From the NCBI GenBank assembly GCA_964016885.1, contig OZ024741.1, forward strand, positions 219,108,001 through 219,172,000: DNA of 64,000 nt, written 5' to 3'. The notes beneath the pieces were generated by a model. That model saw only the letters and a list, made by a program, of their open reading frames with translations. It made no database searches and had not been told where the DNA came from. The DNA is from Eledone cirrhosa (taxonomy: Eukaryota). Below, in pieces: positions 1 through 12,100 of this stretch; within the stretch, counting starts at the first letter, position 1; each line of letters starts with the position of its first letter. A program made the position numbers and the translations under genes.

Positions 1-48
1 CACCCTTGCAAGCAGGGAAAAGTGGACGTAAAATGAAATGAAATGAAA
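1..48 (+). mobile_element. 3' terminus of RTE LINE (family A) or of an RTE-tailed SINE
   Basis: CACCCTTGCAAGCAGGGAAAAGTGGACGTAAAATGA matches the 3' end of the RTE at 57712-57765. Confidence 0.8.
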
Positions 49-149
49 AAAAATATATATATTTAAATGAAAGTATAGAAATTATTGTGAGCATGAAGCC
101 AACAGTATTTCAAAATATATATAATATATATATTTCATAATATATATAT

Positions 150-199
<50 letters not shown>

Positions 200-202
<3 letters not shown>

Positions 203-691
203 TAAATCAATGGTAGGGTCTAAACCGTATGAAGAACTCAATGTAATCCGTATGTAAATGTCGTGAAGCAAAGTTTAAAATACAAAATTTTCAATGATAT
301 AATTCATTGGATACAGAGTCAAAAATAGAAATATTAAAACAATGAAATTAAACAAAAAACGGTTAATTCATAGTAAAATTCATTATTTTACGATCGTTTC
401 TGGGGGGTAGTTCCCTGTATACCCATTCTATTATTGATATATGTAAAATATATTACAAAATATCATAGTAAGAAAAGATACATACGTCTTCACTACCCGC
501 CGTCTTCAGAAATTTCTGAAGACGGCGGGTAGGGAAGACGTATGTATCTTTTCTTACTATGATATTTTGTAATATGTTTTACATATATCAATAATAGAAT
601 GGGTATACAGGGAACTACCCCCCAGAAACGATCGTAAAATATTGCGTTTTACTATGAATTAACAGTTTTTTTGTTTAATTTCATTGTTTTA

Positions 692-696
<5 letters not shown>
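200..696. mobile_element. Penelope-like pseudo-LTR fragment folded into a palindrome (arms 330-512 and 513-696)
   Basis: Near-perfect inverted repeat centred on CAGAAATTTCTG; 200-512 on the minus strand is homologous to 37843-38180; hammerhead core in both arms. Confidence 0.75.
511..641 (+). ncRNA. Type I hammerhead ribozyme with extended (~100 nt) helix II; mirror copy on minus strand at ~385-515
   Basis: CTGAAGA (516-522), GGGTAG/CTACCC stem, then GAAAC-GATC-GTA (625-636) with palindromic helix III. Confidence 0.6.
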
Positions 697-782
<86 letters not shown>

Positions 783-1048
783 CACGTGGGAAAGTAAAAA
801 ATCGGAGAATAGACCGTTAAAACATGTTTATTTAAAATATCACCTACGTACGTTTCGCCCAGTTGGGCTTCTCAAGGGCATAAATAATCACAAGTGTTCC
901 ATATATAGTTCGGAAATAGTTTCGGGGGTTAAATCTACATCAAGATTCATTGCTCGCAAAAATATCTTGTTTTGATTTTGCAGCAGGTCAAGGGAGGTAA
1001 CTCTGGCCGGTGTTAGGGCAGTCTTTCCCGGATAATTTTTAATTTTTT

Positions 1049-1435
1049 TAATTTGTTTATAGATGCACTATTAGATGCACTATTACTAGCCACAATAGCG
1101 TTAAACATTATATAGGGGCCACCTCCGGCCCGTTCAAAATTAGGTTTCGAACACATCTCCACTCTTTCACAAATAGAAAACTAAGGCACTCCACTTCGCT
1201 CGCGGACTACATCACATCACTAAAGGACTTAAACATCAGCTTCTCCACGCACTGGGAGATTGTCGGCAGGGCTGCACCGTACAACTTCAAGAGGAAATGC
1301 GATCTTTGCCTCATGGAGCTCTACCACATCATAACTGCACCCCACGAGCTTATCAACAGCAGAGCTGAAACAGCGATAAGTTGTACACATCGCTTAAAAA
1401 TATCCTTCTTTAGATGGGTTAAGGATGAAGAGTGA
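1049..1435 (+). pseudogene. GIY-YIG endonuclease C-terminal remnant of a Penelope-like element
   Basis: Manual translation VYRCTI..KHYIGATSGPFKIRFRTHLHSF..STSLADYI..WEIVGRAAPY..CDLCLMELYHI..LINSRAE..SCTH; homologous to 43320-43695. Confidence 0.85.
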
Positions 1436-1730
1436 AATAGTACACTGGATCTCCCTGCAACAAGTCTTAACACCCCGGCGGGCAGGCGCTGCAAAATAAC
1501 ACCCAGAAAACAATCCTTGCATACCAGACCCAGCTTCAGACAAACGGATGCGGCAAAAAAAAAAAAAAAAAAAAAAAATTATCCGGGAAAGACTGCCCTA
1601 ACACCGGCCAGAGTTACCTCCCTTGACCTGCTGCAAAATCAAAACAAGATATTTTTGCGAGCAATGAATCTTGATGTAGATTTAACCCCCGAAACTCTTT
1701 CCGACCTATATATGGAACACTTGTGATTAT

Positions 1731-1777
1731 TTATGCCCTTGAGAAGCCCAACTGGGCGAAACGTACGTAGGTGATAT
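1731..1777 (+). ncRNA. Minimal hammerhead ribozyme, U3-A8 core variant; mirror copy on minus strand at 836-884
   Basis: TTGAGAA-GCCCA(AC)TGGGC-GAAAC-GTAC-GTA; palindromic helix III; helix I imperfect. Confidence 0.7.
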
Positions 1778-1989
1778 TTTAAATAAACATGTTTTAACGG
1801 TCTATTCTCCGATTTTTTACTTTCCCACGTGCTTACGCTCTGCTAACTCTCTAGCCCACTAAATATTAACACTTCTAATATTTAATACTGCCGGCACTAG
1901 TATCGAGCACCTTTGGCATACGCTACTTGGCAAATAACTATATGTATCACCTATCCCCCCTTTTTTTCTCTTTCTCGATACGTAAATAC

Positions 1990-2069
<80 letters not shown>

Positions 2070-2086
2070 TATATATATATATAGAG

Positions 2087-2129
<43 letters not shown>

Positions 2130-2136
2130 GATAAAC

Positions 2137-2196
<60 letters not shown>

Positions 2197-3124
2197 TCAA
2201 GAGTGTGAAACTAATAAACCTTTGCTTGTACTGCCTCTCTGTTTTTGTTCCTGTTCCAGTTTTCACTATATATATATATATATATACACATACATATATA
2301 CAATATGTATATATATATATATATATGTATTTATTCTTATAGCCTGGTCTAATTGATTTTTTGTATGGTTAATTATGCTAATTGGGAGAGGAAATTGTAT
2401 ATATTTTATCTAATAATTCTAAGGACATGATTTCCCCTCTGCCATGTCAGTTAACACTTTCTCTCTACTGACCTCTTCCTCGAACTCCCACTCACTCAGT
2501 CCCTGTTTCTCCCCTTCTTTCTTCCTCCCGTTCGCTGTGAAAACGGTTCTCCTTCTTTCTAACACCGAATTCACTAGCGAAAGGTCTGTTTCTGACTCGT
2601 GCATATTTTCACACAGCTTATGCTGAAAGAATAACTATGTTGCTTGTGTTTATTTCCATCTTCGGTTAGCTTCCCCCTATGTATTCCATGCAAGCATGAA
2701 AATGATGACAATGATGATAAGGATGATGATATATGAGAGAGAGGGATATATATATATATATCCCTCTGTATGGGATATATATATATATATATGGCGTAGA
2801 ACAGAACAAAGGAGAGGCACAAAAACAAAGAAAAGAATCCCCAGTCACTGAAGAGGTCACAGAATGTGTGACGAAAGAACTTTGACAATATATGAACAAT
2901 CGTCTGGTTGTGGAACCAACCAACCAACCGGAAATTTATAAATTCCTAAATTTATAAATTTAATTTATAATAAATTGAAGTGAAAGCAACTGGTGTGTGT
3001 GTTTCTTATTGGCAACATGACCCTCCCAAAGTATAACAATATATGTGTGTGTGTGTGTGTATCATTATCATCATCATCATTTTACTTCCGCTTTTCCCTG
3101 CTTGCAACAAATGAGAAATATATA

Positions 3125-3179
<55 letters not shown>

Positions 3180-3629
3180 GGAGAGAGAGAGAGAGTGGGG
3201 GCGGTCAGAGTAAGACTAAGGTAGATCTATTAATAGTATAAATGTCAATTGCTATTTGGTTAGCAAGTCATGGTGGAACTATGGCAAGATAAATACCTAT
3301 TAAAGGAAATCTATTGGAATTCCAGCAAACAATCAGCTCTGGATTGGACAGCGTGTGATATATTTTCTTTGAATGTTCATGTAAAGAAGATATATTATCT
3401 CACACACAACCATAGGTGGTATATGATTAATGTGGACAACAACCATAGCAGGAATATTGACTGTTTCAGTCTCATAACAATGTGTGATATGTTAAACTGT
3501 TAATAGTCTGAAATTGTATACCGCCACACAAACAAGCAGGTTATATTAAACTTCCTTGCAGACATAATTGGTATATTAATCTATACAGAATGTTAGTGCA
3601 TTAATTTCATTGATAAAAAAAGATGAAGA

Positions 3630-3720
3630 TGAAGGCTTAGTGGTAGGAGCGTTTGACTCATGATCATAAGGTTGTGGATTCAATTCCTGTTGCATTGGGT
3701 TCTTGAGCAAGATAACCTTA
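3630..3720 (+). mobile_element. Degenerate tRNA-derived SINE head with start of CORE-like domain
   Basis: GGCTTAGTGG A-box, GGATTCAATTCC B-box, TTGAGCAAG; similar to 39966-40155. Confidence 0.55.
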
Positions 3721-3790
3721 GTTAGAAAAAGAAAGGCAGCATTTCCTATGTCATTTTGCTGGGCCTCTATGACTTATGGTTCTTTCAGTG

Positions 3791-4010
3791 TCCAGTTTAC
3801 AATAGGTATGATGTATCCCTGTGTGTGCCCAGTTTACAATAGGTACACCATATCCCTGTCTGTATCTGGTTTTCAATAGGTACACTATATCCCTGAGTGT
3901 ATCTGGTTTACCATAGGTATACCATATCCCTATGTGAATCTAGTTTACAATAGGTACACTGTATACCTGTGTGTATCTGGTTTAGAATAGGTACACTGTA
4001 TCCCTGTATT
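3791..4010. repeat. 37-bp minisatellite, ~6 copies
   Basis: Unit AGTTTACAATAGGTACACTGTATCCCTGTGTGTATCT recurs at 3794, 3831, 3868, 3905, 3942, 3979. Confidence 0.85.
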
Positions 4011-4439
4011 TACAATTCCTTCGACAATGCTTCCCACCCTAAACTTAAGTGTGGATCAAAATATATCCTTTTAAATGTTACCATCAAAACACATTTGCTC
4101 CTAATACCTGGGAAGAGAATATGGCCGATTAAATATACACTGGCTCTTTAACACTAGGTCAGCCCTGACCAAGCATACTTCTGATCAAAGGCATTCTAGC
4201 CATAGAGACATCTCATCTTTTTTCCTGGCTATGTATCTAGAATTACTCAAAATTGTGTCTTTTTTTCTTTTTTTCAGATAGTAAGCATTTCGCTGTTCTT
4301 TCTAGCAGATTGTGTGACTGCCTCAAATACAACCCCTCAGACCCACCTGGTGTCTGTTTGTTATTCCAGATAATATTTGATCCTGCAAATCTTAGAGTGA
4401 TAAAAAAAAATGTCCAGTTATTTTAGCGGGATAGTACAT

Positions 4440-4800
4440 AGGTAAAGTGTTATCCAGTAAGCTCACTTCAGGAAAAAGACCACGGGGTTGCCCTTTTCGA
4501 AGAGAAAAGGACCAATTCAAAACAACACTGAAAGCTACTGGATTTGAGCCTAAATAATTTGAAACACAAGCCTGAAACTGTACGAACTGGCGATGTTCCA
4601 TCATCATTGGAACCAAAATCTTCGAAGACACTAGAAGAAAAAACAAAAAAATCAAGCAACAAGAGAGAAAGACTTGACAAGATCAACCTTGTCCTCCACC
4701 AACATTACCATGCAGTCAAGGCCATCAACTCTTCCAGACAAGAATTAGTCTACTTAGTTCACAATGCTAAGGAATAGTCATCACCACAAAGGAAATGACC
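4440..4800 (+). pseudogene. Degenerate 3' end of an RTE/BovB-type LINE ORF
   Basis: Translation KVLSSKLTSGKRPRGCPFRREKDQFKTTLKATGFEPK*FETQA*NCTNWR..FEDTRR..LPCSQGHQLFQTRISLLS resembles the BovB C-terminus and a decayed zinc finger. Confidence 0.65.
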
Positions 4801-4854
4801 AGCAAAGGAAAAATTAAATTCTGGGATACAAGATAAGGCCAACAATGATGATGA

Positions 4855-5330
4855 TCATCATCATCACCATTTTACGTCCGTTCTTCCACGCTAACATAGG
4901 TTAGATGGGTTGTCCTGTTGTGGGTAGTGTCCAGTCGGCTGACCTTGTCTTGCTCATATGGGAACTGATTCTGGTTTGATTTCTACAGCTGGGTGTCCTT
5001 CCTAACACCAACCTCATTTACAGTGAGTGCTGGGTGCTTTTTTTTTGTGGCGCCTGCACGTCCACTTTACAGTGTGGACTGGGTGCTTTTTTGTTGTGGC
5101 ACCTCTACGACCACTTTGCAGTGGGAGGGAGTGGGCGTATATTGTCTATATGCTTCGGCTTGTTCCTGTGGGAAGTCAGATCTTCTGTATTACTGTGTGA
5201 TGCCAGAGGTCACGATCGTCTGTCATCGCCCTTGAGAAGTGCAATTGGGTAAGGTCGGCTTTTATCACCTCATCCCAGGTCTTCTTGTGTCTCTCTACTC
5301 CACGGCTTCCATCAACTTCTACTGCTCTAG
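4855..5330 (-). mobile_element. RTE LINE (family C) 3' end with 3'UTR
   Basis: RAVEVDGSRGVERHKKTWDEVIKAD; reverse complement of 19280-19755; (CAT)n tail. Confidence 0.85.
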
Positions 5331-5520
5331 TTAATATATATACGTGTGTAATGATGAGGATGATGATGACGATTTTCTTGCTAGCAAGGGTTGGACAGAC
5401 TTTCACAGACCAAGTTGTTACTCATGTAGGGCAACAAACCTCACAGACAAGCCGGAGAGCCACATCTCTCTTATGGCCTCATGCTCTACCAAGTTATCTT
5501 ACTTGGTATATGACTATAAT

Positions 5521-6290
5521 AATTGTTTGTACTTTTGGCACAAGGCCAGCAATTATCCCACTGCATTACTGGTACTTTATTTTATCGATCCCGTAAGGAT
5601 GAAAGGCAAAGTTAACCTCGGCGCGATTTGAACTCAGATCATAATGGCCTGTAACTCTATGCTGCAAAGCATGTTGTCCGACCCTCTACCGATACTGCCA
5701 ATACACTGCCCTTATAATAATAATAATAATGGTTTCTGATTTAGGCACAAGACCAACAATTTTGGGGAGGGGGAAAATTCGATTAAATCGACCTCAGTCC
5801 ATTACTGGTACTTTATTTTATCAACCCTGTAAGGATGAAAGGCAAAGTTAACCTCAGCAGGATTTGATAATAATGATAATGGTTTCTAATTTAGGCACAA
5901 GGCCAGCAATTTTGAGAGAAGTCAATTAAATTGACACCAGGGTTTTACTGGTACTTTATTTTAACAATCCATAAGAATGAAAGGCAAAGCTAACCTCGGT
6001 GGGATTAGAACCCAGATCATAAAGGGTTGTAACTATATGCCATAAAGCATGTTGTCCAACACTCTACTGATACTGCCTATCCACTGCCCTTGAAAATTAT
6101 AATTGTTTCTACTTTTGGCACAAGGCCAGCAATTATCCCAGTGTATTACTGGTACTTTATTTTATCGACCGCGAAAGGATGAAAGGCAAAGTTGACCTCG
6201 GCGTGATTTGAACTCTGAGAGCAGAGAGTAGGAGTGATTACCATAAAGCATTCTATGAGGTTCTAACGACTCTGCCAATTTACTGCCTGA
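5521..6290 (-). mobile_element. Cluster of four tRNA-derived SINE copies (5521-5712, 5730-5866, 5881-6090, 6101-6290)
   Basis: Each has the reverse complement of GAGTTCAAATC (B-box) plus TTTGCCTTTCATCCTTACGGGGTCGATAAAATAAAGTACCAG and an (ATT)n tail; central domain resembles MetaSINE-type cores. Confidence 0.85.
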
Positions 6291-6649
6291 ATATGAATAT
6301 AATAATAATAGGTGACCACAATAAAAAGTTTTAAAAATCATGTAACGCCCCCACCAAGATGAAATAGAGAAGTCAGAGATGCCTGCAAAGAGTCAAACCT
6401 TGTATCCCCAAGTGCCTCTGTCAGTTTTTATCCATCTCCGCGGGTGCTTTATGTGGTTTGTACAACTGTTATATATTGTGATCAATTACTATTATTATAG
6501 TCGTTTGCTTTGGGACAACTACATTTCAAAATACTAATAAATAATGTTTGGTCTCAGGAAGAGGGGAAAATAAATAGACAGCTGTCGGATTTCTCCCCAT
6601 TTAGTAATTGGTAGTTTCCGGGAAGGCTGTTGCAGGCTGGATCTGCCAT

Positions 6650-6850
6650 ACCACCATTACTGCCACTGTCAACACCAGCTCCAGCACCACCACTGCCATT
6701 GTCGATGCCACCACCAGTAACACCACACTCACCCACCACCATCATCCATCACCACCAACAACAACACCACCAACAGCACGACCACCACAACCACCAACAA
6801 CACCAAAACCAACACTGCCACCATTACCATGATCAACACCACCATAATCA
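6650..6850. repeat. Degenerate (CCA/CAA)n low-complexity tract
   Basis: Direct inspection. Confidence 0.8.
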
Positions 6851-7000
6851 TACATATATAATAACAATAATTTCTTTATTAGCCACACAGGGTTCACATT
6901 AAGGAAACATTAAAGACAGTACAATACGATACAGTAGGAGGGTTTGTGTGTAAGATAAGTATTATAACAAAATATTATTCATGATGATGTTGTTGTTATA

Positions 7001-7380
7001 GGTAGATTGGCAGTATCGGTAGAGGGTCTGACGCTATGCTTTGCAGCACAGAGTTACGGCCCTTTACGGTCTGGGTTTAAATCCCGCCAAGGTTAACTTT
7101 GCCTTTCATCCTTACGGGGTCGATAAAATAAAGTACCAGTAATGTACTGGGTAATTGCTGATCTTGTGCCTAAAGTAGAAACAATTTTAACAGAATATAA
7201 TTGTTTCTACTTTTGGCACAAGGCCAGCAATTACCCCAGTGTATTACTGGTACTTTATTTTATCGACCCCGTAAGGATGAAAGGCAAAGTGAACCTTGGC
7301 GGGATTTGAACTCAGTCCGTAAAGGGACGTAACTATGCTGGAAAGCATGGCGTCAGACCCTCTACCGATACTGCCAATCA
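7001..7380. mobile_element. Tail-to-tail inverted pair of tRNA-SINEs (7001-7185 plus, 7200-7380 minus)
   Basis: GATTGGCAGTATCGGTAGAGGGTCTGACGC at 7005 and its reverse complement at 7350-7379; same SINE core in both. Confidence 0.85.
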
Positions 7381-7684
7381 ATGGTTTCTGATTTAGGCAC
7401 AAGGCCAACCATTTCATGGAGAAAGGAGAAAGTTGATTAAATCAACCCCAGTGTGTTATGATAATAATGATTTTGCTTCCTTGCTATGGAAAACATTTGA
7501 GAGGATATTACATATATATATGTAATACGGCATGAGATATATATATATATCATCATCGTCGTCATTTAACATCCATCTTACACGCTAGCATGGGTAGGAC
7601 GGGTTGAACATAGGGAGAAAATTAGGTCAGAGGACTATGTTTAGCTCACCAGGGGCAGATTCACACACGCACATATATATATAA

Positions 7685-7722
<38 letters not shown>

Positions 7723-7844
7723 TGCAATAATACATACACCCTACTTTCCCAAGTGTCAAGTACTTAACTGAACAATGGTCTTACTGGTCTAAACTGGTAG
7801 CTCCTAATATAATAGAGAGAGAGAGATTGGAAGTTACCTATTAA

Positions 7845-8105
7845 GAGGAATATGAAGTGGTACAAAAGAGAGAAGATTGAGTTGGTATTGACATGTGATG
7901 CACATGGATGGTGATTGCTGGATGAAGAAGTGCCAGGAAATCCCTGTGGTAGGAAGTCACAATAGAGGAAGACAAAGGAAGACCTGGGTGGATGTGGTGA
8001 GAGCTGATTTCAAATTACTGAGACTCCTAGAGGAAATGAGGAAGGAATGTGATGAGTGGAGAGAAGCATGGACAAACGAACATAAAAACGATTATGATGA
8101 TGATA
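7845..8105 (+). mobile_element. Degenerate RTE 3' fragment
   Basis: HMDGDCWMKKCQEIPVVGSHNRGRQRKTWVDVVRAD; (GAT)n tail. Confidence 0.8.
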
Positions 8106-9197
8106 TATAATAATTTTTAGAATCGTTTTGCAGGTATGAATTTTATTGAATTTAAGTTTTCACTATTATAAATAGTCTAACAAGTTGAGCACATAAGCCC
8201 CTGGAGATAGTCAAGAGAGATACAGAGGAAGAATAAACCCCACTACTTAACTGATACATTATTTATTGAACTCTGAAAGGATGAAAGGCATTCAGAAGCT
8301 CAGCATTTAGAAAGCTTGAATGAATATTGCAAAACCTATCCGACTTTCTAACATCTCTGCCAATACATTGCCAATCACCTGTATATGGATGCCTAGAAAA
8401 CTAAAGGCAAGTTATGAGGAATAATGGAAGCTCCTAGAAGAATACAAGCTTTTTCAATACACTAAAGGAATGTTACATCTGCATGCAGAGTAGAGGTACA
8501 TATTAAATATACTAAAGAGCTCCAACAACTGGCTCAATATCAGTGTCCTTAGAACATTTAGAAATTAAATGCTGGTCTTCGCTATACATATGAAGTGAAG
8601 TTACTGTTGTTAGGTAAGAGGATAATAAACTTGAGAAAGACAATCATTTTTGTGAGATATAGAACTTTATTTCACTTCAGTTAAAAAGGAAAAAGAAAAT
8701 AATTTTTTCAAATCATAAAAAAGTATAAAAATTGATGACGGCACTCACAAATGAATGCAGCATTCGAAAAGTTCCTTTGTGTTTTGCTAGAGAATCTTTG
8801 TTTATATGAAAAGGCAGATAATTCTGTGTGGTCGAAGTGCCGATGGAAGAATTGTTGTCGAGTCTTGTGAACAGGGTTAATGATGCTTCTCTTCCGAGTT
8901 ACCAGAGTCGTCTGAGACAAAGAATAACTTATCTCGCCTTCACCTCAAGCTAACTAGCTACTCCAGACAACTGACGCCAACTCAGATAAAAGAGAAATAG
9001 CAACTAGTTGTCATTCGCGGGTCAGTGTGTGCAAATAGATTTTGTTACACATGTAACATCTCTTAGACAGCCTAAGGTACCATGCAGTTGGATTGCATTC
9101 ACAATTATGTGATTGCAAAGACAACTTCTTAACTATACAGCTATGTTTCAATACATATACACACATGTTTAGTACCACCTCATTCATACAAAGACAT

Positions 9198-12100
9198 TCA
9201 CACTACTGCCATACACAAACTCCTGCCATACACACACTACTGCCATACACACACTACTGCCATACACACACTACTGCCATACACACACTACTGCCATACA
9301 CACACTCCTGCCATACACACACTACTGCCATACACACACTACTGCCATACACACACTCCTGCCATACACACACTACTGCCATACACACACTACTGCCATA
9401 CACACACTACTGCCATACACACACTCCTGTCATACCCACATAACTGTCATACACACACTACTGCCATACACACACTACTGCCATACACACACTACTGCCA
9501 TACACACACTACTGCCATACCCACATTACTGCCATACACACACTACTGCCATACACACACTCCTTCCATACACACACTACTGCCATACACACACTACTGC
9601 CATACACACTCCTGCCATACACACACTACTGCCATACACACACTCCTGCCATACATACACTACTGCCATACACACTCCTGCCATACACACACTACTGCCA
9701 TACACACACTACTGCCATACACACACTACTGCCACACACACACTATTGCCATACACACACTACTGCCATACACACACTACTGCCATACACACACTACTGC
9801 AATACACACACGCTACTGCCATACACACACTACTGCCATACACACACAACTGTCATACACATTACTGCCATATATACACTACTGTCATACACACACTACT
9901 GTCATACACACACTACTGCCATACATACACTAATGTCATACACACACTACTGCCATACATACACTACTGCCATACGCACACTACTGCCATACACACACAC
10001 ACTACTGCCATACACACACTACTGCCATACACACACTACTGCCATACACACACTACTGCCATACATACACTACTGCCATACCCACATTACTGCCACACAC
10101 ACACTACTGCCATACACACACACCTGCCATACACACACTACTGCCACACACACACACTACTGCCATACACACACTACTACCATACACACACTACTGCCAT
10201 ACACACACTACTGCCACACATACACTACTGCCATACACACACTACTGCCATACACACACTACTGCCATACACACACTACTGCCATACACACACTACTGCC
10301 ATACACACACTACTGCCATACACACACTACTGCCATACATACACTACTGCCATACATACACTACTGCCATACACACCCTACTGCCATACACACACTACTG
10401 CCATACATACACTACTGCCATACACACACTACTGCCATACACACACTACTGCCATACATACACTACTGCCATACACACACTACTGCCATACACACACTAC
10501 TGCCATACACACACTACTGCCATACATACACTACTGCCAAACACACACTACTGCCATACACACACACACTACTGCCAAACACACACACTACTGCCATTCA
10601 CACACACTACTGCCATACATACACTACTGTCATACACACACTACTGCCATACATACAATACTGCCATACATACACTACTGCCATACATACACTACTGCCA
10701 TACACACACACACTACTGCCAAACACACACACTACTGCCATTCATACACACTACTGCCATACATACACTACTGTCATACACACACTACTGCCATACATAC
10801 ACTACTGCCATACACACACTACTGCCATACACACACTACTGCCAAACACACACTACTGCCATACACACACTACTGCCACACACACACACTACTGCCATAC
10901 ACACATACACTACTGCCATACACACACACTACTGCCATTCACACACACTACTGCCATACATACACTACTGCCATACACACACTACTGCCACACACACACT
11001 ACTGCCATACATACGCACTACTGCCATACACACACTACTGCAATACACACGCTACTGCCACACACACTACTGCCATACACACACTACTGCCACACACACA
11101 CTACTGCCACACAGACACACTACATGCCATACACACACTACTGCCATACACACACTACTGCCATACACACACTACTGCCATACATACACTACTGCCATAC
11201 ACACACTACTGCCATACACACACTACTGCCATACATACACTACTGCCATACAAACACTACTGCCATACACACACTACTGCCATACACACACACTACTGCC
11301 ATACACACACTACTGCCATACATACACTACTGCCATACACGCACTACTGCCATACACACACTACTGCAATACACACACTACTGCCATACACACACTACTG
11401 CCATACACACACTACTGCCATACCCACATTATTGCCACACACACACTACTGTCATACACATTACTGCCATACACACACTCCTGCCATACACACACTACTG
11501 CCCTACACACACTACTGCCACACACACACTACTGTCATACACATTACTGCCATACACACACTACTGCCATACACACACTACTGCCATACACACACTACTG
11601 TCATACACATTACTGCCATACATACACTACTGCCATACACACATACACTACTGCCATACATACACTACTGCCATACACACATACACTACTGCCATACATA
11701 CACTACTGCCATACACACACTACTGCCATACACAGACACTACTGCCATACACACACACATTACTGCCATACATACACACTACTGCCATTCACACACACTA
11801 CTGCCATACATACACACACCCCTGCCATACACACATACACTCTACTGCCATACATCCACTACTGCCATACACACACACTACTGCCATACACACACTACGG
11901 CCATACACACACACTACTGCCACATACACACACACACACTACTGTCATACACACACTACTGCCAAACACACACTACTGCCAAACACACACTACTGCCATA
12001 CACACACTACTGCCATACACACACTACTGCCAAACACACACTACTGCCATACACACACTACTGCCAAACACACACTACTGCCATACACACACTACTGCCA

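Larger units (their letters stand above)
781..1985 (+). mobile_element. 5'-truncated Penelope-like element with inverted pseudo-LTR (781-1040 inverted relative to ~1574-1833)
   Basis: ~260-bp inverted repeats flank a GIY-YIG remnant; hammerhead in both arms; flanked by (TA)n. Confidence 0.85.

Noticed and set aside
2419-2630. Possible host exon (VNSVLERRRTVFTANG..)
   Set aside because: No recognisable domain or supported splice boundaries
8708-8955. Possible host exon (GEISYSLSQ.. on minus; VPMEELLSSLVNRV.. on plus)
   Set aside because: Cadherin-like resemblance limited to a few residues, no coherent splice sites, nearby stops
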